64,000 nucleotides of DNA, taken from the NCBI GenBank assembly GCA_900540935.1, contig UQHW01000001.1, forward strand, positions 43,867 to 107,866, read 5' to 3'. Source of the DNA: an uncultured Collinsella sp. Lineage in GTDB: Bacteria > Actinomycetota > Coriobacteriia > Coriobacteriales > Coriobacteriaceae. Of this stretch, positions 13,989 through 24,516 are shown one piece after another. The translations under genes were made by a program, and so were the position numbers. Positions within the stretch are counted from its first letter, which is position 1. Each line of letters begins with the position of its first letter. The notes below the pieces were generated by a model. That model did no database searches. It saw only the letters and a list, made by a program, of their open reading frames with translations, and was not told where the DNA came from.

Positions 13989-16900
13989 CTACTCCTTATC
14001 AGTGGTCGTGGCGGCGACAGCCTCGGGTGCCTCGGCGGTCTCGGCATCCTGGGCCTCGACGTCGGCGTCAACGCCGGCGAGCGCAGCCAGGTCGTCGAGG
14101 GCAGAGGTCTCCTCGGCGGTCACAGGGGCGGAGGCGTCCTCGTCGGCATCGTGCATGGGCTCGATGTCCAGCGCGAGGGAGCGAATCTCCTTGACGAGAA
14201 CCTTGAAGGACTCGGGGATACCCGGGACCGGGACGTTCTCGCCCTTGACGATGGACTCGTAGGTCTTGACGCGGCCCACGGTATCGTCGGACTTGACGGT
14301 CAGGATCTCCTGCAGGACGTTGGAAGCACCGTACGCGTACAGTGCCCAAACTTCCATCTCACCGAAGCGCTGGCCGCCGAACTGGGCCTTGCCGCCCAGA
14401 GGCTGCTGGGTAACCAGGCTGTAAGGGCCGGTCGAACGGGCGTGGATCTTGTCGTCGACCATGTGGCCGAGCTTGAGGATGTAGGACGTACCCACGGTAA
14501 TGGGCTCGCGGAACTCCTCGCCGGTGCGGCCGTCGAACAGGCGGGTCTTGCCGCGCTCGTCAAGCTGGGTGACGAACTCGGGGCGCATGTGATCACCAAA
14601 GGCAGCGGTGGCCTTGTTGAGCATGTTCTTGTTGGCACGACGAATGACCTCGGCGATCTCGTCCTCCTTGGCGCCGTCGAAGACAGGCGTGGCGGTGAAG
14701 AACGGACCGGGGACGTACTTATCGGAGTCGGCCTGCTCAGTATCCCAACCGCAGGCAGCAGCCCAGCCAAGGTGGCACTCGAGCAGCTGGCCGACGTTCA
14801 TACGCGAAGGAACGCCCAGCGGGTTGAGGATAACGTCGATCGGGGTACCGTCAGCCATGTAGGGCATGTCCTCGACCGGCAGAACGTTACAGATAACACC
14901 CTTGTTGCCGTGGCGGCCGGCGATCTTATCGCCCTGCTGGATCTTACGACGCTGAGCGACGTAGACGCGCACCTGCTCGTTGACGCCGGGGGCCAGGTCG
15001 TCGCCGTTCTCGCGGCTAAAGCGGACGACGTCGATGACGCGGCCGTAAGCGCCGTGAGGCATCTTAAGGGAGGTGTCGCGGACGTCGTGGGCCTTGGCAC
15101 CGAAGATGGCGCGCAGCAGGCGCTCCTCGGCGGTCAGAGCGCTCTCGCCCTTAGGCGTGACCTTGCCGACCAGGATGTCGCCAGGGCCGACCTCGGCGCC
15201 GATGCGGATGATGCCGTCCTCGTCGAGGTTGGCAAGCATGTCCTCGGAGAGGTTCGGGATCTCGCGGGTGATCTCCTCGGGGCCGAGCTTGGTGTCGCGG
15301 GCATCGATCTCGTGACGGGTGATGTTGATGGTCGTCAGCAGGTCCTCGGCCACCAGGCGCTCGGACACGACGATACCGTCCTCGTAGTTGAAGCCTTCCC
15401 ACGGCATGTAGGCCACGGTGAGGTTCTGGCCCAGCGCGAGCTCGCCGTGATCGGTCGAAGGACCGTCGGCCAGAGGCTCGCCCTGCTCAACGGTGTCACC
15501 GACACGCACGAGCGGACGGTGGTTGATGCAGGTGGACTGGTTGGAACGCTGGTACTTGGCCAGGTGATACTCGTCCATGCCGCCGGCATGCTTGACGATG
15601 ATCTTGGCGGCGTCGGCAAAGATGACCTCGCCGGCGTTCTTGGCCAGGGTGACCTCGCCGGAGTCCAGGGCGGCGCGACGCTCCATGCCGGTACCGACAT
15701 AGGGAGCGGCGGGGTGAACCAGCGGCACGGCCTGACGCTGCATGTTAGCGCCCATGAGCGTACGCTTAGCGTCGTCGTGCTCGAGGAACGGGATCAGCGT
15801 GGCTGCGACGGAGAGCATCTGACGCGGCGAGACGTCCATGTAGTCGACATCCTCGACGGGCACGTCGGCGGGGGCGCCGAAGGAGCCGTCGAAGTCGCGG
15901 GTACGGGCGATCACGGTGTGCGGACGGACGAGCTTGCCCTCGGCATCGGTCGTGATGAACTCGTTGGTCTTGGGATCGAGCGGCGTGTTGGCCGGCGCGA
16001 TGACGTGCTTCTCTTCCTCGTCAGCGGTCATCCAGTCGATCTGGTCGGTGGCAACGCCGTTCTCGACGCGACGGAACGGGGCCTCGATGAAGCCGTACTC
16101 GTTCACGCGGGCATAGAGGGCGAGCGAGCCGATCAGGCCGATGTTGGGGCCTTCGGGGGTCTCGATCGGGCACATGCGGCTGTAGTGCGAGTTGTGAACG
16201 TCGCGGACGGCCGTCGGCACGTTGGTGCGGCGGCTGGAGCCGGACTTGTGGCCGGCAAGACCGCCAGGGCCGAGTGCGGACAGACGACGCTTGTGGGTCA
16301 GACCGGTCAGGGGGTTCGCCTGGTCCATGAACTGCGAGAGCTGCGAGGAACCGAAGAACTCCTTGATGGAGGCCACGATCGGGCGGATGTTGATGAGCGA
16401 CTGCGGGGTGATCTCGTCGATGTCCTGGGAGCTCATGCGCTCACGGACGACGCGCTCCATACGGCTCATGCCGATACGGAACTGGTTGGCGACGAGCTCG
16501 CCGACGGTGCGGATGCGGCGGTTGCCGAAGTGGTCGATGTCGTCGACCTTGAAGCCCTGCTCGCCGGCAGCGAGGGACAGCAGGTAACGCAGCGTCGCGA
16601 CGATATCCTCGTCGGTGAGCACCGTGACCTCTTCCTCGGTGGTGAGGTTGAGCTTCTTGTTGACCTTGTAACGACCGACGCGGGCCAGATCGTAGCGCTG
16701 CGGGTTAAAGAGCAGGCCCTCGAGCAGGCTGCGGGAAGCGTCCACGGTGGGAGGCTCGCCCGGGCGCAGGCGACGGTAGATCTCGATGAGGGCGTCCTCG
16801 CGAGTGAGGGCGGTGTCGCGCTCCAGGGTGCGCTTGATCACATCGGAGTTGCCGAGCAGCTCGATGATGTCGTCGTTGGTGACGGCGATGCCAAGGGCGC

Positions 16901-17480
16901 GCAGGAACATCGTGGCGCTCTGCTTGCGCTTACGGTCGATGGAGACCATGAGCTGGTCGCGCTTGTCGACCTCGAACTCAAGCCAGGCACCGCGGGACGG
17001 GATGATCTGGGCCTTGTAGATCTGCTTGCCCGAATCCATCTCGGAGCTGTAGTACACACCCGGGGAACGGACGAGCTGCGAGACGACGATACGCTCGGTA
17101 CCGTTGATGATGAAGGTACCCTGATCGGTCATCATGGGGAAGTCGCCCATGAAGACGAGCTGCTCCTTGATCTCGCCGGTCTCCTTGTTGGTGAGACGGA
17201 CGTCGGTCAGAAGCGGAGCCTGATAGGTCATATCCTTCTCGCGGCACTCCTCGACGGTGTGCGCGGGGTCGCCGAACTGATGCTCGCCGAAGGTAACCTC
17301 GAGAACATGGTTCTGGCTCTGGATGGGGCTGGATTCCTTGAACGCCTCACGAAGGCCCTCGTCCTTAAAACGCTCAAAGGATTCCCTTTGAACAGAGATA
17401 AGGTTGGGGAGCTCCATGGCCTCCGGGATTTTCCCGAAGCTGACGCGCTTGCGCTCAGTGGCAGTGTATGCGTAGGTCAC
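13989..17480 (-). CDS. rpoB: DNA-directed RNA polymerase subunit beta
   Basis: 1163 aa; canonical rpoB sequence. Confidence 0.97.
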   Translation of the reverse strand: MTYAYTATERKRVSFGKIPEAMELPNLISVQRESFERFKDEGLREAFKESSPIQSQNHVLEVTFGEHQFGDPAHTVEECREKDMTYQAPLLTDVRLTNKETGEIKEQLVFMGDFPMMTDQGTFIINGTERIVVSQLVRSPGVYYSSEMDSGKQIYKAQIIPSRGAWLEFEVDKRDQLMVSIDRKRKQSATMFLRALGIAVTNDDIIELLGNSDVIKRTLERDTALTREDALIEIYRRLRPGEPPTVDASRSLLEGLLFNPQRYDLARVGRYKVNKKLNLTTEEEVTVLTDEDIVATLRYLLSLAAGEQGFKVDDIDHFGNRRIRTVGELVANQFRIGMSRMERVVRERMSSQDIDEITPQSLINIRPIVASIKEFFGSSQLSQFMDQANPLTGLTHKRRLSALGPGGLAGHKSGSSRRTNVPTAVRDVHNSHYSRMCPIETPEGPNIGLIGSLALYARVNEYGFIEAPFRRVENGVATDQIDWMTADEEEKHVIAPANTPLDPKTNEFITTDAEGKLVRPHTVIARTRDFDGSFGAPADVPVEDVDYMDVSPRQMLSVAATLIPFLEHDDAKRTLMGANMQRQAVPLVHPAAPYVGTGMERRAALDSGEVTLAKNAGEVIFADAAKIIVKHAGGMDEYHLAKYQRSNQSTCINHRPLVRVGDTVEQGEPLADGPSTDHGELALGQNLTVAYMPWEGFNYEDGIVVSERLVAEDLLTTINITRHEIDARDTKLGPEEITREIPNLSEDMLANLDEDGIIRIGAEVGPGDILVGKVTPKGESALTAEERLLRAIFGAKAHDVRDTSLKMPHGAYGRVIDVVRFSRENGDDLAPGVNEQVRVYVAQRRKIQQGDKIAGRHGNKGVICNVLPVEDMPYMADGTPIDVILNPLGVPSRMNVGQLLECHLGWAAACGWDTEQADSDKYVPGPFFTATPVFDGAKEDEIAEVIRRANKNMLNKATAAFGDHMRPEFVTQLDERGKTRLFDGRTGEEFREPITVGTSYILKLGHMVDDKIHARSTGPYSLVTQQPLGGKAQFGGQRFGEMEVWALYAYGASNVLQEILTVKSDDTVGRVKTYESIVKGENVPVPGIPESFKVLVKEIRSLALDIEPMHDADEDASAPVTAEETSALDDLAALAGVDADVEAQDAETAEAPEAVAATTTDKE

Positions 17481-17744
17481 CAGGTTTTTCCTCCTTCACG
17501 GAAATGCTCGGTGGGTTGGCGAGGCATAGCTTCGCCAGTTATCGCAACCTAATAGTTTATCAGGTACCGACCGTTGAGCAAGAAAAGCCTTGACGCGATT
17601 GAGTTTTTGGAGTAGCAAAGTTTTTCGACAGAAAATGCGCAGGTAGATGTGTGCGTATCGAACATTTGTTCATATGATTTCTGTGAACGAAGCCGAGGAT
17701 GCACGCCTTTGACGGCGGAACGGAGGAAAGGCAACAGCACGCAT

Positions 17745-17776
17745 AAAAAACGGGTGCAGACCGAAGCCTGCACCCG
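17745..17776 (-). terminator. rho-independent terminator after galU
   Basis: Minus-strand hairpin cgggtgcaggcttcggtctgcacccg followed by ttttttatg. Confidence 0.6.
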
Positions 17777-17797
17777 TAAATATCGATGCCCGAAGGC

Positions 17798-18706
17798 TTA
17801 CTTGCGCATCAAGCCGCCGCGCTCGTCGATGGCGTCCCAGAAAGCGTCGGCGAAGCGAGGATCGCTTGCGGCCATGAGGGCGTTGGTGGCCATCCAACCA
17901 GAGGGCGTGCCAGTGTCATAGCCCGAAAGCGGGTCGATGACGACGGCGTACATGGCCTCGCGGTCGAGCGAGCGGGCCATGGCGTCGGTGAGCTGGATCT
18001 CGCCGCCCTTGCCGGCCTGCTGATCGGCGAGCAGGTCCATGACCAGCGGGCTCAGCAGATAACGGCCGACGATGTACAGGTTTGAGGGAGCCGCCTCGGG
18101 GGCAGGCTTCTCAACCAGACCGCCGATACGCCAGACAGCGCCCGGCTCGGCATCGGCGACATTCTCGAAGCCCTCGAGCGAGCCCACGCGGTCGCCGGCG
18201 ATAACGCCATAACGGCTGACTTCCTCGGGAGCGCACGCGGCGACGGCGATAACGGAAGCGCCACCGTGCTCCTTAGAGACGGCGAGCATCTTGTCGCAGA
18301 TGTCGCGGTTAGGCACAACGTAGTCGCCCAGAAGAACCAGGAAGTTCTCCCCTGCCACGGCGTCGGCGGCAGAGCGAATGGCGTGGCCGAGGCCCTTGGG
18401 CTCGTACTGGTAGCGGAAGTCGACCGGCATGCCACCCGCATGGGCGACGGCGTCGGCGTAAGCGTTCTTGCCGCGCTCGCGCAGCAGGTTCTCGAGCGAG
18501 CGATCGGGCTGGAAGTAGTTCAGCAGCTCGGGCTTGCCGGGAGAAGTAACGATGATGGCATCGTCGACCTCCTCGGGGTCGAGCGCCTCCTCAACGACAT
18601 ACTGGATGACCGGCTTGTCGAGAACCGGCAGCATCTCTTTGGGGGTGCACTTGGTGCCAGGCAGAAAACGCGTGCCAAGACCGGCGGCGGGGATGATTGC
18701 CTTCAT
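17798..18706 (-). CDS. galU: UTP--glucose-1-phosphate uridylyltransferase
   Basis: MKAIIPAAGLGTRFLPGTK...; a nucleotidyltransferase GalU sequence. Start trimmed to MKAII. Confidence 0.85.
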   Translation of the reverse strand: MKAIIPAAGLGTRFLPGTKCTPKEMLPVLDKPVIQYVVEEALDPEEVDDAIIVTSPGKPELLNYFQPDRSLENLLRERGKNAYADAVAHAGGMPVDFRYQYEPKGLGHAIRSAADAVAGENFLVLLGDYVVPNRDICDKMLAVSKEHGGASVIAVAACAPEEVSRYGVIAGDRVGSLEGFENVADAEPGAVWRIGGLVEKPAPEAAPSNLYIVGRYLLSPLVMDLLADQQAGKGGEIQLTDAMARSLDREAMYAVVIDPLSGYDTGTPSGWMATNALMAASDPRFADAFWDAIDERGGLMRK

Positions 18707-19020
18707 GTTATTCAAGGATCCTTTCGCAGGCGCAAAAGCGCCCCATGCGTGCGGCACACAGCCGCAGACCAAATTGCGATACCCAAGCATCTTACCGCTG
18801 GAACTATATGTCACTACAAGGCAGAGACAATTCTTCAGCAGGTCAACGCAAATTATTGCTCGAATGGTGCAATTTTATTGCCCAACGGCAGGACACCCGA
18901 TACGACGCAAATCACAGAACATGGCAGTTTGAGCAACCGATGTTGAGGGACCGAAAAACAAAAAAGACGGGGCTCGCAATGCGAACCCCGTCTGCAAAGA
19001 AATCTGGCGAGAAAGCCTGA

Positions 19021-19398
19021 TTACTTGAGGGTGACAGCAGCGCCAGCAGCCTCGAGCTTCTCCTTGGCAGCCTCGGCGTCCTCCTTCTTGGCACCCTCGA
19101 GAACAGCCTTGGGAGCGCCCTCGACGACCTCCTTGGCCTCCTTCAGGCCAAGGTTGGTGAGCTCACGGACGGCCTTGATGACCTGGATCTTGTTGTCGCC
19201 GAAGCCCTCGAGCACGACGTCAAACTCGGTCTTCTCCTCGGCCTCAGCAGCGCCAGCAGCGGGAGCGGCGACAACAGCGGCAGGAGCAGCGGCGGAAACG
19301 CCGAAGGTGTCCTCGATAGCCTTGACGAGCTCGGAAGCCTCGAGAAGGGTCATTTCCTTAAGAGCATCGATGATCTCATCGGTGGTAAGCTTAGCCAT
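19021..19398 (-). CDS. rplL: 50S ribosomal protein L7/L12
   Basis: [34 protein letters not shown]..., Ala-rich hinge. Start trimmed from the track ORF. Confidence 0.95.
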   Translation of the reverse strand: MAKLTTDEIIDALKEMTLLEASELVKAIEDTFGVSAAAPAAVVAAPAAGAAEAEEKTEFDVVLEGFGDNKIQVIKAVRELTNLGLKEAKEVVEGAPKAVLEGAKKEDAEAAKEKLEAAGAAVTLK

Positions 19399-19500
19399 TT
19401 CTAAGTCCTTTCGGTTTCCGTGCGGATGCACGGAGATCAGTTAAAACACGGCGCGAATGCGCCAGGGGTGCGGCGTTGCCGCCGCGGGTGAAAACAGCGA

Positions 19501-20022
19501 CTAGGCTGCCTTCTGCTCGGAGACCTGCTGGATCGAACGAGCGAGACCAGAGGAAACGCCGTTGACGCAGACAGCGATGTCGCGAGCGAAACCGGAGATG
19601 AGACCGGCGATCTGGCCGAGAAGCTGATCCTTGGTGGGCAGCTCGGCGATAGCCTTAACATCATCAGCGGAAACGGCCTTGCCGTCGGAGATACCGCCCT
19701 TGATCTCAAGGACGCCCTTGGACTTAGCGGAGAAGTCCTTAAGGGCCTTAGCGGCCTCGACCGGCTCGGACTCGTAGAACACATAAGCGACGGGGCCGGC
19801 GAGAATCTCGTCGAGCTCGGGCTGCTCCTGGTTCTTGAGAGCGATCTTGACCAGGTTGTTCTTGTAGACCTTCATCTCGGCGCCGCACTCGCGAAGCTGA
19901 TGACGCAGCTCCTGAGCCTGCTTAACCGTCAGACCGTTGTAGTTGACGACGAACAGACCGGCGTTCTCGGCGATACGGGACTCGATCTCTGCAACCTTGT
20001 CGATTTTGTACTGCTGGGGCAT
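19501..20022 (-). CDS. rplJ: 50S ribosomal protein L10
   Basis: 173 aa L10 sequence immediately upstream of rplL. Confidence 0.95.
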   Translation of the reverse strand: MPQQYKIDKVAEIESRIAENAGLFVVNYNGLTVKQAQELRHQLRECGAEMKVYKNNLVKIALKNQEQPELDEILAGPVAYVFYESEPVEAAKALKDFSAKSKGVLEIKGGISDGKAVSADDVKAIAELPTKDQLLGQIAGLISGFARDIAVCVNGVSSGLARSIQQVSEQKAA

Positions 20023-20306
20023 GAATTACACCTCCTCGAATTCTTTCCGGGCACGGTCCGCCACAAGGACGTGACGGGGGCATGTCCAAAAAGAAAGCCC
20101 CCGCGCTGCATGAGCGACGGGGGCGAGAAGACATATCTACTCGACCACCTCGGCTGGCGGGAAGTCCCATTAAGCTCGCGGGTAAGACCCGTTTGCGCCG
20201 GCTGTCTCTGGCAGCGGATTCGTGCGTGAACCGAAAGTATTATGGCGGGGACCCCGGCGTCGGTCAACGGGCGCGAGGATTCGTACACAAACCCTGCATA
20301 CGCTCC

Positions 20307-20426
20307 GGCCCGAGGGGACGGGTCGAGATTTTCGCTCGGTCAAGTCCTGGGCTCGCACGAAGGCCACATTAAGTGGCCTTCGGCTCGTGCGGAATCTACG
20401 AAAATTTCGACCCGTCCCCTCGGGCC
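20307..20426. repeat. nested-hairpin repeat element, family A copy 2, in the rplJ 5' leader
   Basis: 28 bp inverted arms (ggcccgaggggacgggtcgagattttcg / cgaaaatttcgacccgtcccctcgggcc). They flank the inner hairpin cgaaggccacattaagtggccttcg followed by tcgtgcggaa. The core is homologous to copy 1. Confidence 0.7.
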
Positions 20427-20525
20427 AGAGCTACGGTAACTTTACTGCGAATCTTCGCGCCCGTTGAGCGACGCGCCCCACGCATACCCTTATGTCGGTG
20501 GGCTGATGTGTTGCGTCTCTGAGGA

Positions 20526-21662
20526 CTACAAGGTTGAAACGAAGTTTGACAGGCGGCGGAGACCTTCGTCCAGATTTTTGTCGGAGACGCAGTAGCTTAG
20601 GCGGATGTGGCCTTCGGTTCCGAAGCAGTCTCCCGGGACTAGGGCTACGTTTGCTTCTTTGATGGCTTTGATGCAGAAGTCTTCGCTGGTTAGGCCGAAC
20701 TTTTTGATGCTCGGGAAAGTATAGAAGGCTCCTGCGGGCTCTACTACGTCGAGGCCCATGGCGTTTAAGGCTTCGAGTACGCGCTCGCGGCGGGCTCGGT
20801 AGACTTTGAGCATGGGGGTTGGGTCGACGGTGAGGGCTCGGGCTGCGGCGTCCATTTCGAAGGAGACGGCGCTCGATACTAGGTATTGGTGGGCTTTTGC
20901 GATCTCGGCGATGACGGGTGTTGCTGCCGCGAGCCAGCCCAAACGCCAGCCGGTCATGGCCCAGGGCTTGGAGAAGCTCTCGATGACGACCGTCTGCTCA
21001 CGCAGCTCCGGGTGACGCTGGGCAAAGCGCTCGTAGCCATCCACATAAACCAGGCGGTTATATACGTCGTCGCAGACCACGTAGATGCCCGCCTCCTCCG
21101 CCACGTGCGCCACGGCGTCGAGCGAAGCCGCGTTGAGGATACAGCCCGTAGGATTGTTGGGCGAGCAGATGACGATGGCCTTGGTCGCCGGCGTCACGCA
21201 AGCACGAAGCGCATCCTCGTCAATCTGAAATTGCGCAGGCTCCGTATCCAAAAAGATCGCCTTGGCGTGGTTGGTCACGACGATGCTTTCGTACAGGCCA
21301 AAGGCCGGCGTGGGGATAATGACCTCGTCGCCGGGGTTGAGCATAGCCATGAATGTTGCCGACAGTGCCTCGGTCGCACCGTCGGTCAGGATGACCTCAT
21401 CGGCGGAAAACGCCAGGTCCGCGTCATCCATATATTTGGACAGTGCATCGCGCAGGGCGGGGCGACCGTTGTTGGGCGGATAGTGCGTGTCACCGCGGTC
21501 CAGTGCGGCGGTCACCTCGGCGCTAATCACATCGGGCGTGGGAAAATCGGGTTCGCCGAGCGCGAGCGCGATGCACCCCGGATGCTGGGCGGCGAGCGCG
21601 TTAATCCGGCGGATACCGGAGGGCTTGAGCATGGCAAGCGAGGTATTCATGGGCAGACGCAT
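20526..21662 (-). CDS. pyridoxal phosphate-dependent aminotransferase, class I/II (aspartate aminotransferase-like)
   Basis: 378 aa; fold-type I aminotransferase features (NNPTG-like block, SFSKPWAMTGWRLGW lysine region). Confidence 0.85.
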   Translation of the reverse strand: MRLPMNTSLAMLKPSGIRRINALAAQHPGCIALALGEPDFPTPDVISAEVTAALDRGDTHYPPNNGRPALRDALSKYMDDADLAFSADEVILTDGATEALSATFMAMLNPGDEVIIPTPAFGLYESIVVTNHAKAIFLDTEPAQFQIDEDALRACVTPATKAIVICSPNNPTGCILNAASLDAVAHVAEEAGIYVVCDDVYNRLVYVDGYERFAQRHPELREQTVVIESFSKPWAMTGWRLGWLAAATPVIAEIAKAHQYLVSSAVSFEMDAAARALTVDPTPMLKVYRARRERVLEALNAMGLDVVEPAGAFYTFPSIKKFGLTSEDFCIKAIKEANVALVPGDCFGTEGHIRLSYCVSDKNLDEGLRRLSNFVSTL

Positions 21663-21755
21663 GGCGTTCCTTTCGTAAGGGTTGCACTAGGATAGCGCGG
21701 CGGGGCGCCACCAGACGGTGTAACCTAAACGGAAACGAGCCGGAAAGGAGATGGC

Positions 21756-22418
21756 ATGGAGACGACCGCGCGCGGCGACGTACCAAAAACACTGCACACC
21801 ATTGCGTATATCAGTATTCCCAATAGCGCCGATCTTGATTTTTTGCTCTGGGACCTGCAGGATGCCATCGCCGCCTATGCTCAACTTTCCGGCACCGCAC
21901 TCCCCCGCCCGGTCGACTTGAAGGCAAATGACACCGGCAGCGTTGCCGATGGCATCGTGCTGGCCATTGAAGATGTGGCTGACGATGAGACGTTGACAGC
22001 CATCGAGCAGGCGCTTGAGCGCTTTGGCGGTACGGGAACGCGCGTCTATGCCGCGATTCGAGCCGCACAAGAGGGCACTGAGCAGGCGCGTGGGACCGCC
22101 GTTCGTCTGCACAAGGTATGCGAGCACCATGACCAATTGTGGTGTGGCGGCGTTGCCATCTGCGCCGGCAGCGGCATCGCAGCGCTTCGTCGCTCCCCGC
22201 GCATGGGACTCTTGCGGCGACCATTTTCTGAGGCCATGGACAAGCTCGTGGGCGCCGTTCGTATGGGGTGTTCCGTCGAGCATGCACAGCGACTTGGCGG
22301 CGGCAATGCCGCCAACGTCGACGCCGACGGCATGGTTTGCGCCGAGCCAGCCGTGCCCGCGCCGATCTGGCGAGGCGTTCTGAAACGTCTGGGCGCCCAC
22401 GCTCAAACAAAAATCTAA
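21756..22418 (+). CDS. hypothetical protein
   Basis: 220 aa ORF with a good RBS (aaaggag, 5 nt spacer) and coding-like codon usage. It converges on flanking minus-strand genes. No family recognised. Confidence 0.45.
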   Translation: METTARGDVPKTLHTIAYISIPNSADLDFLLWDLQDAIAAYAQLSGTALPRPVDLKANDTGSVADGIVLAIEDVADDETLTAIEQALERFGGTGTRVYAAIRAAQEGTEQARGTAVRLHKVCEHHDQLWCGGVAICAGSGIAALRRSPRMGLLRRPFSEAMDKLVGAVRMGCSVEHAQRLGGGNAANVDADGMVCAEPAVPAPIWRGVLKRLGAHAQTKI

Positions 22419-22419
22419 A

Positions 22420-22983
22420 TTAAATAACAGCCCAGTCAACGGCTTCCCTCCAACGCTCGACAAGCCGCTCCAGGCGCCAGGCGGCATTGGCGGGACTTGT
22501 CGAGGGCAGGACGATGGCAGGCAGCCCGGTGCGTTCTTGTAGATAGCGCTTGTAGAGCCGGCCAGCTGTACCACCGTTGCATATCACCTGCTCAATGGGA
22601 GCTGCGCCGGTAATGCGCTCGATATGTGCCGGCACAACGTTGCGAATGCTCGCGTCGCTCGAGCCCTTAATGTCGCAGCTCTCAATCACATCCCACAGGG
22701 CCACGCCACCGTTCAACAGCATGGATCGCTTGGCGGCAATCGAGGCGTCGAGCGTCGCGGGCTCACCGCTTGCCAAAGGGTCGCCCTCGTTGGGCGGCAC
22801 GGGCACACTAAGACACGCAGCCATCACGCGCCAAAAGCGGTTCTGAGGATTGCCGTAATAAAAGGCATTGGCGCGCGAAAGCACCGAGGGAAACGACCCC
22901 AGCACCAAAACGCGCGAGTGCTCGTCAAACACGGGTTCAAACCCATGCTCAATATGTTGATAGCCCTCATCCGGCGCTGTCAT
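22420..22983 (-). CDS. uracil-DNA glycosylase superfamily protein (DNA-deoxyinosine glycosylase-like)
   Basis: 187 aa; GSFPS and GNPQNRFW motifs of the UDG fold. Tightly coupled to the upstream GH13 gene. Confidence 0.6.
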   Translation of the reverse strand: MTAPDEGYQHIEHGFEPVFDEHSRVLVLGSFPSVLSRANAFYYGNPQNRFWRVMAACLSVPVPPNEGDPLASGEPATLDASIAAKRSMLLNGGVALWDVIESCDIKGSSDASIRNVVPAHIERITGAAPIEQVICNGGTAGRLYKRYLQERTGLPAIVLPSTSPANAAWRLERLVERWREAVDWAVI

Positions 22984-22986
22984 GAT

Positions 22987-24363
22987 CTAGGCCCTCAACA
23001 GATAGCGCACCTCGTAGGGTGCAAGCTCAAGGGAGCCAGCCAGCTCGACCGTGGGCACGCCGTCGGCAAGCAGGTCGACAAAGGACCCGTTGAGCTCGCC
23101 GGCGCCAAAGGTGTAAGGCTCACCCACGGCATTCACCGCCACGAGTACCGTCGCGCCGTCACAGGCGCGCTCGAACAGCAGCTGCTTGTTCTGGATCACC
23201 ACGTTGCGATAGGCACCGTAGTTGAGAGCACGGGCAGCCGCGTCGTCAGCCGAGCGAAGGTGCGCAAGCTGCGTGATGAACGCCGTCAGCTCGTTGGGCG
23301 CAGGCTCATTGAGCGCAGGTCGCAGCGCCCAGTCGCCATCGGGGCCACCCTTTTCGCCGGCAATTCCCCACTCGCTGCCATAGTAGACGCACGGGATGCC
23401 CGGCATGCCAAAGAGCATGCCGTAGGCGGGACGCAGACACGACTTGTCGGTGAGGATACTTGCCAGGCGCGGCACATCGTGGTTGTCGACAAACGACAGC
23501 AGATGTTTGCCGCGGTAGATGCACCACGGATCGCCGCCAAACTGACGGTGCAGCGAATGGGCGATCTCGAACATGTTGACCGAGTTAAAGCTGGAGTACA
23601 GGCCCTTGTAGCACTCGTAGTTGGTGCAGGAGTCGAGCATCTCGTCGTTGACGATCTGGTTGTAGTCGCCGTGGAGCGTCTCGCCGATCAGGATAAAGTC
23701 GGTCTTGAGCTCACGGGTAAAGGCGTGCAGGCGGCGCATGAAGTCGCGGTCGAGCATATAGGCAACGTCCAAGCGCAGGCCGTCGACGCCAAAGACCTCG
23801 GCCCAGCGACGCACGGACTCAAGCAGGTAATCGACCACGGCGGGGTTTTGCAGGTTGAGCTTCACAAGCTCAAAATGGCCCTCCCAGCCCTCATACCAAA
23901 AGCCGTCGCCGTAGCACGAGTCACCGTCAAAGCTGATGTGGAACCAATCCTTGTACGGCGAATCCCACTTGCGCTCCTGCACATCGCGGAAGGCCCAAAA
24001 ACCGCGGCCGACGTGGTTGAAGACGGCATCGAGCAACACGCGGATGCCATGGGCATGCAGCGTGTCGCATACGGCGGCAAAGTCGGCGTCCCCACCCAGG
24101 CGACGGTCGATATGGCGCAGGCTGCGTGTATCGTAGCCGTGGCTATCAGATTCGAGCGGTGGGTTGATGAGCACGGCGCCAACGCCGAGTTCCTGCATGT
24201 AGTCGGCCCATTGGGCGATCTTCATGATGGGCGCATCGGGGTTTGGCGCGGCGTTGACAGCCTGGGCGAGCTCATCCTCGGCAACGGGCGCGGCGTTTTC
24301 GCGCGGAGCTCCACAGAAGCCCAGCGGATAGATCTGGTAGAACGTCGTCTCGTATGCCCACAT
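22987..24363 (-). CDS. glycoside hydrolase family 13 alpha-glycosidase (alpha-amylase catalytic domain)
   Basis: 458 aa; GH13 conserved regions (DAVFNHVG, GVDGLRLDVA, EHDV-like FVDNHD). Confidence 0.85.
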   Translation of the reverse strand: MWAYETTFYQIYPLGFCGAPRENAAPVAEDELAQAVNAAPNPDAPIMKIAQWADYMQELGVGAVLINPPLESDSHGYDTRSLRHIDRRLGGDADFAAVCDTLHAHGIRVLLDAVFNHVGRGFWAFRDVQERKWDSPYKDWFHISFDGDSCYGDGFWYEGWEGHFELVKLNLQNPAVVDYLLESVRRWAEVFGVDGLRLDVAYMLDRDFMRRLHAFTRELKTDFILIGETLHGDYNQIVNDEMLDSCTNYECYKGLYSSFNSVNMFEIAHSLHRQFGGDPWCIYRGKHLLSFVDNHDVPRLASILTDKSCLRPAYGMLFGMPGIPCVYYGSEWGIAGEKGGPDGDWALRPALNEPAPNELTAFITQLAHLRSADDAAARALNYGAYRNVVIQNKQLLFERACDGATVLVAVNAVGEPYTFGAGELNGSFVDLLADGVPTVELAGSLELAPYEVRYLLRA

Positions 24364-24433
24364 AGCAACCTCCCGGTAAGCTCAACACAACGACATCCAT
24401 TGTATGCCCGGCTTGTATCCTCTTCCCCAAAAT

Positions 24434-24500
24434 AAGTTGCGGTGGAATAGTTCCTGCTTGGGCCTTCAGAGGCCTTAAACAGGAACTATTCCACCGCAAC
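24434..24500. repeat. REP-like palindromic element, family B copy 1
   Basis: aagttgcggtggaatagttcctg...caggaactattccaccgcaac; about 20 bp terminal inverted repeats. Confidence 0.7.
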
Positions 24501-24516
24501 TGATGAGGGGACGTGG

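Noticed and set aside
17585-17620. TTGACG-N17-TAGCAA promoter-like element on the plus strand upstream of rpoB.
   Set aside because: It is on the wrong strand for rpoB and there is no downstream plus-strand gene. A weaker minus-strand candidate (TTGCTC-N16-TAAACT at about 17552-17580) is more relevant but was not called as a feature.
21687-22574. Minus-strand 295 aa ORF overlapping the 21756-22418 plus-strand ORF.
   Set aside because: The translation is Arg/Gly/Cys-rich junk with no RBS. The plus-strand ORF has an RBS and better codon usage, so only that one is kept, at modest confidence.
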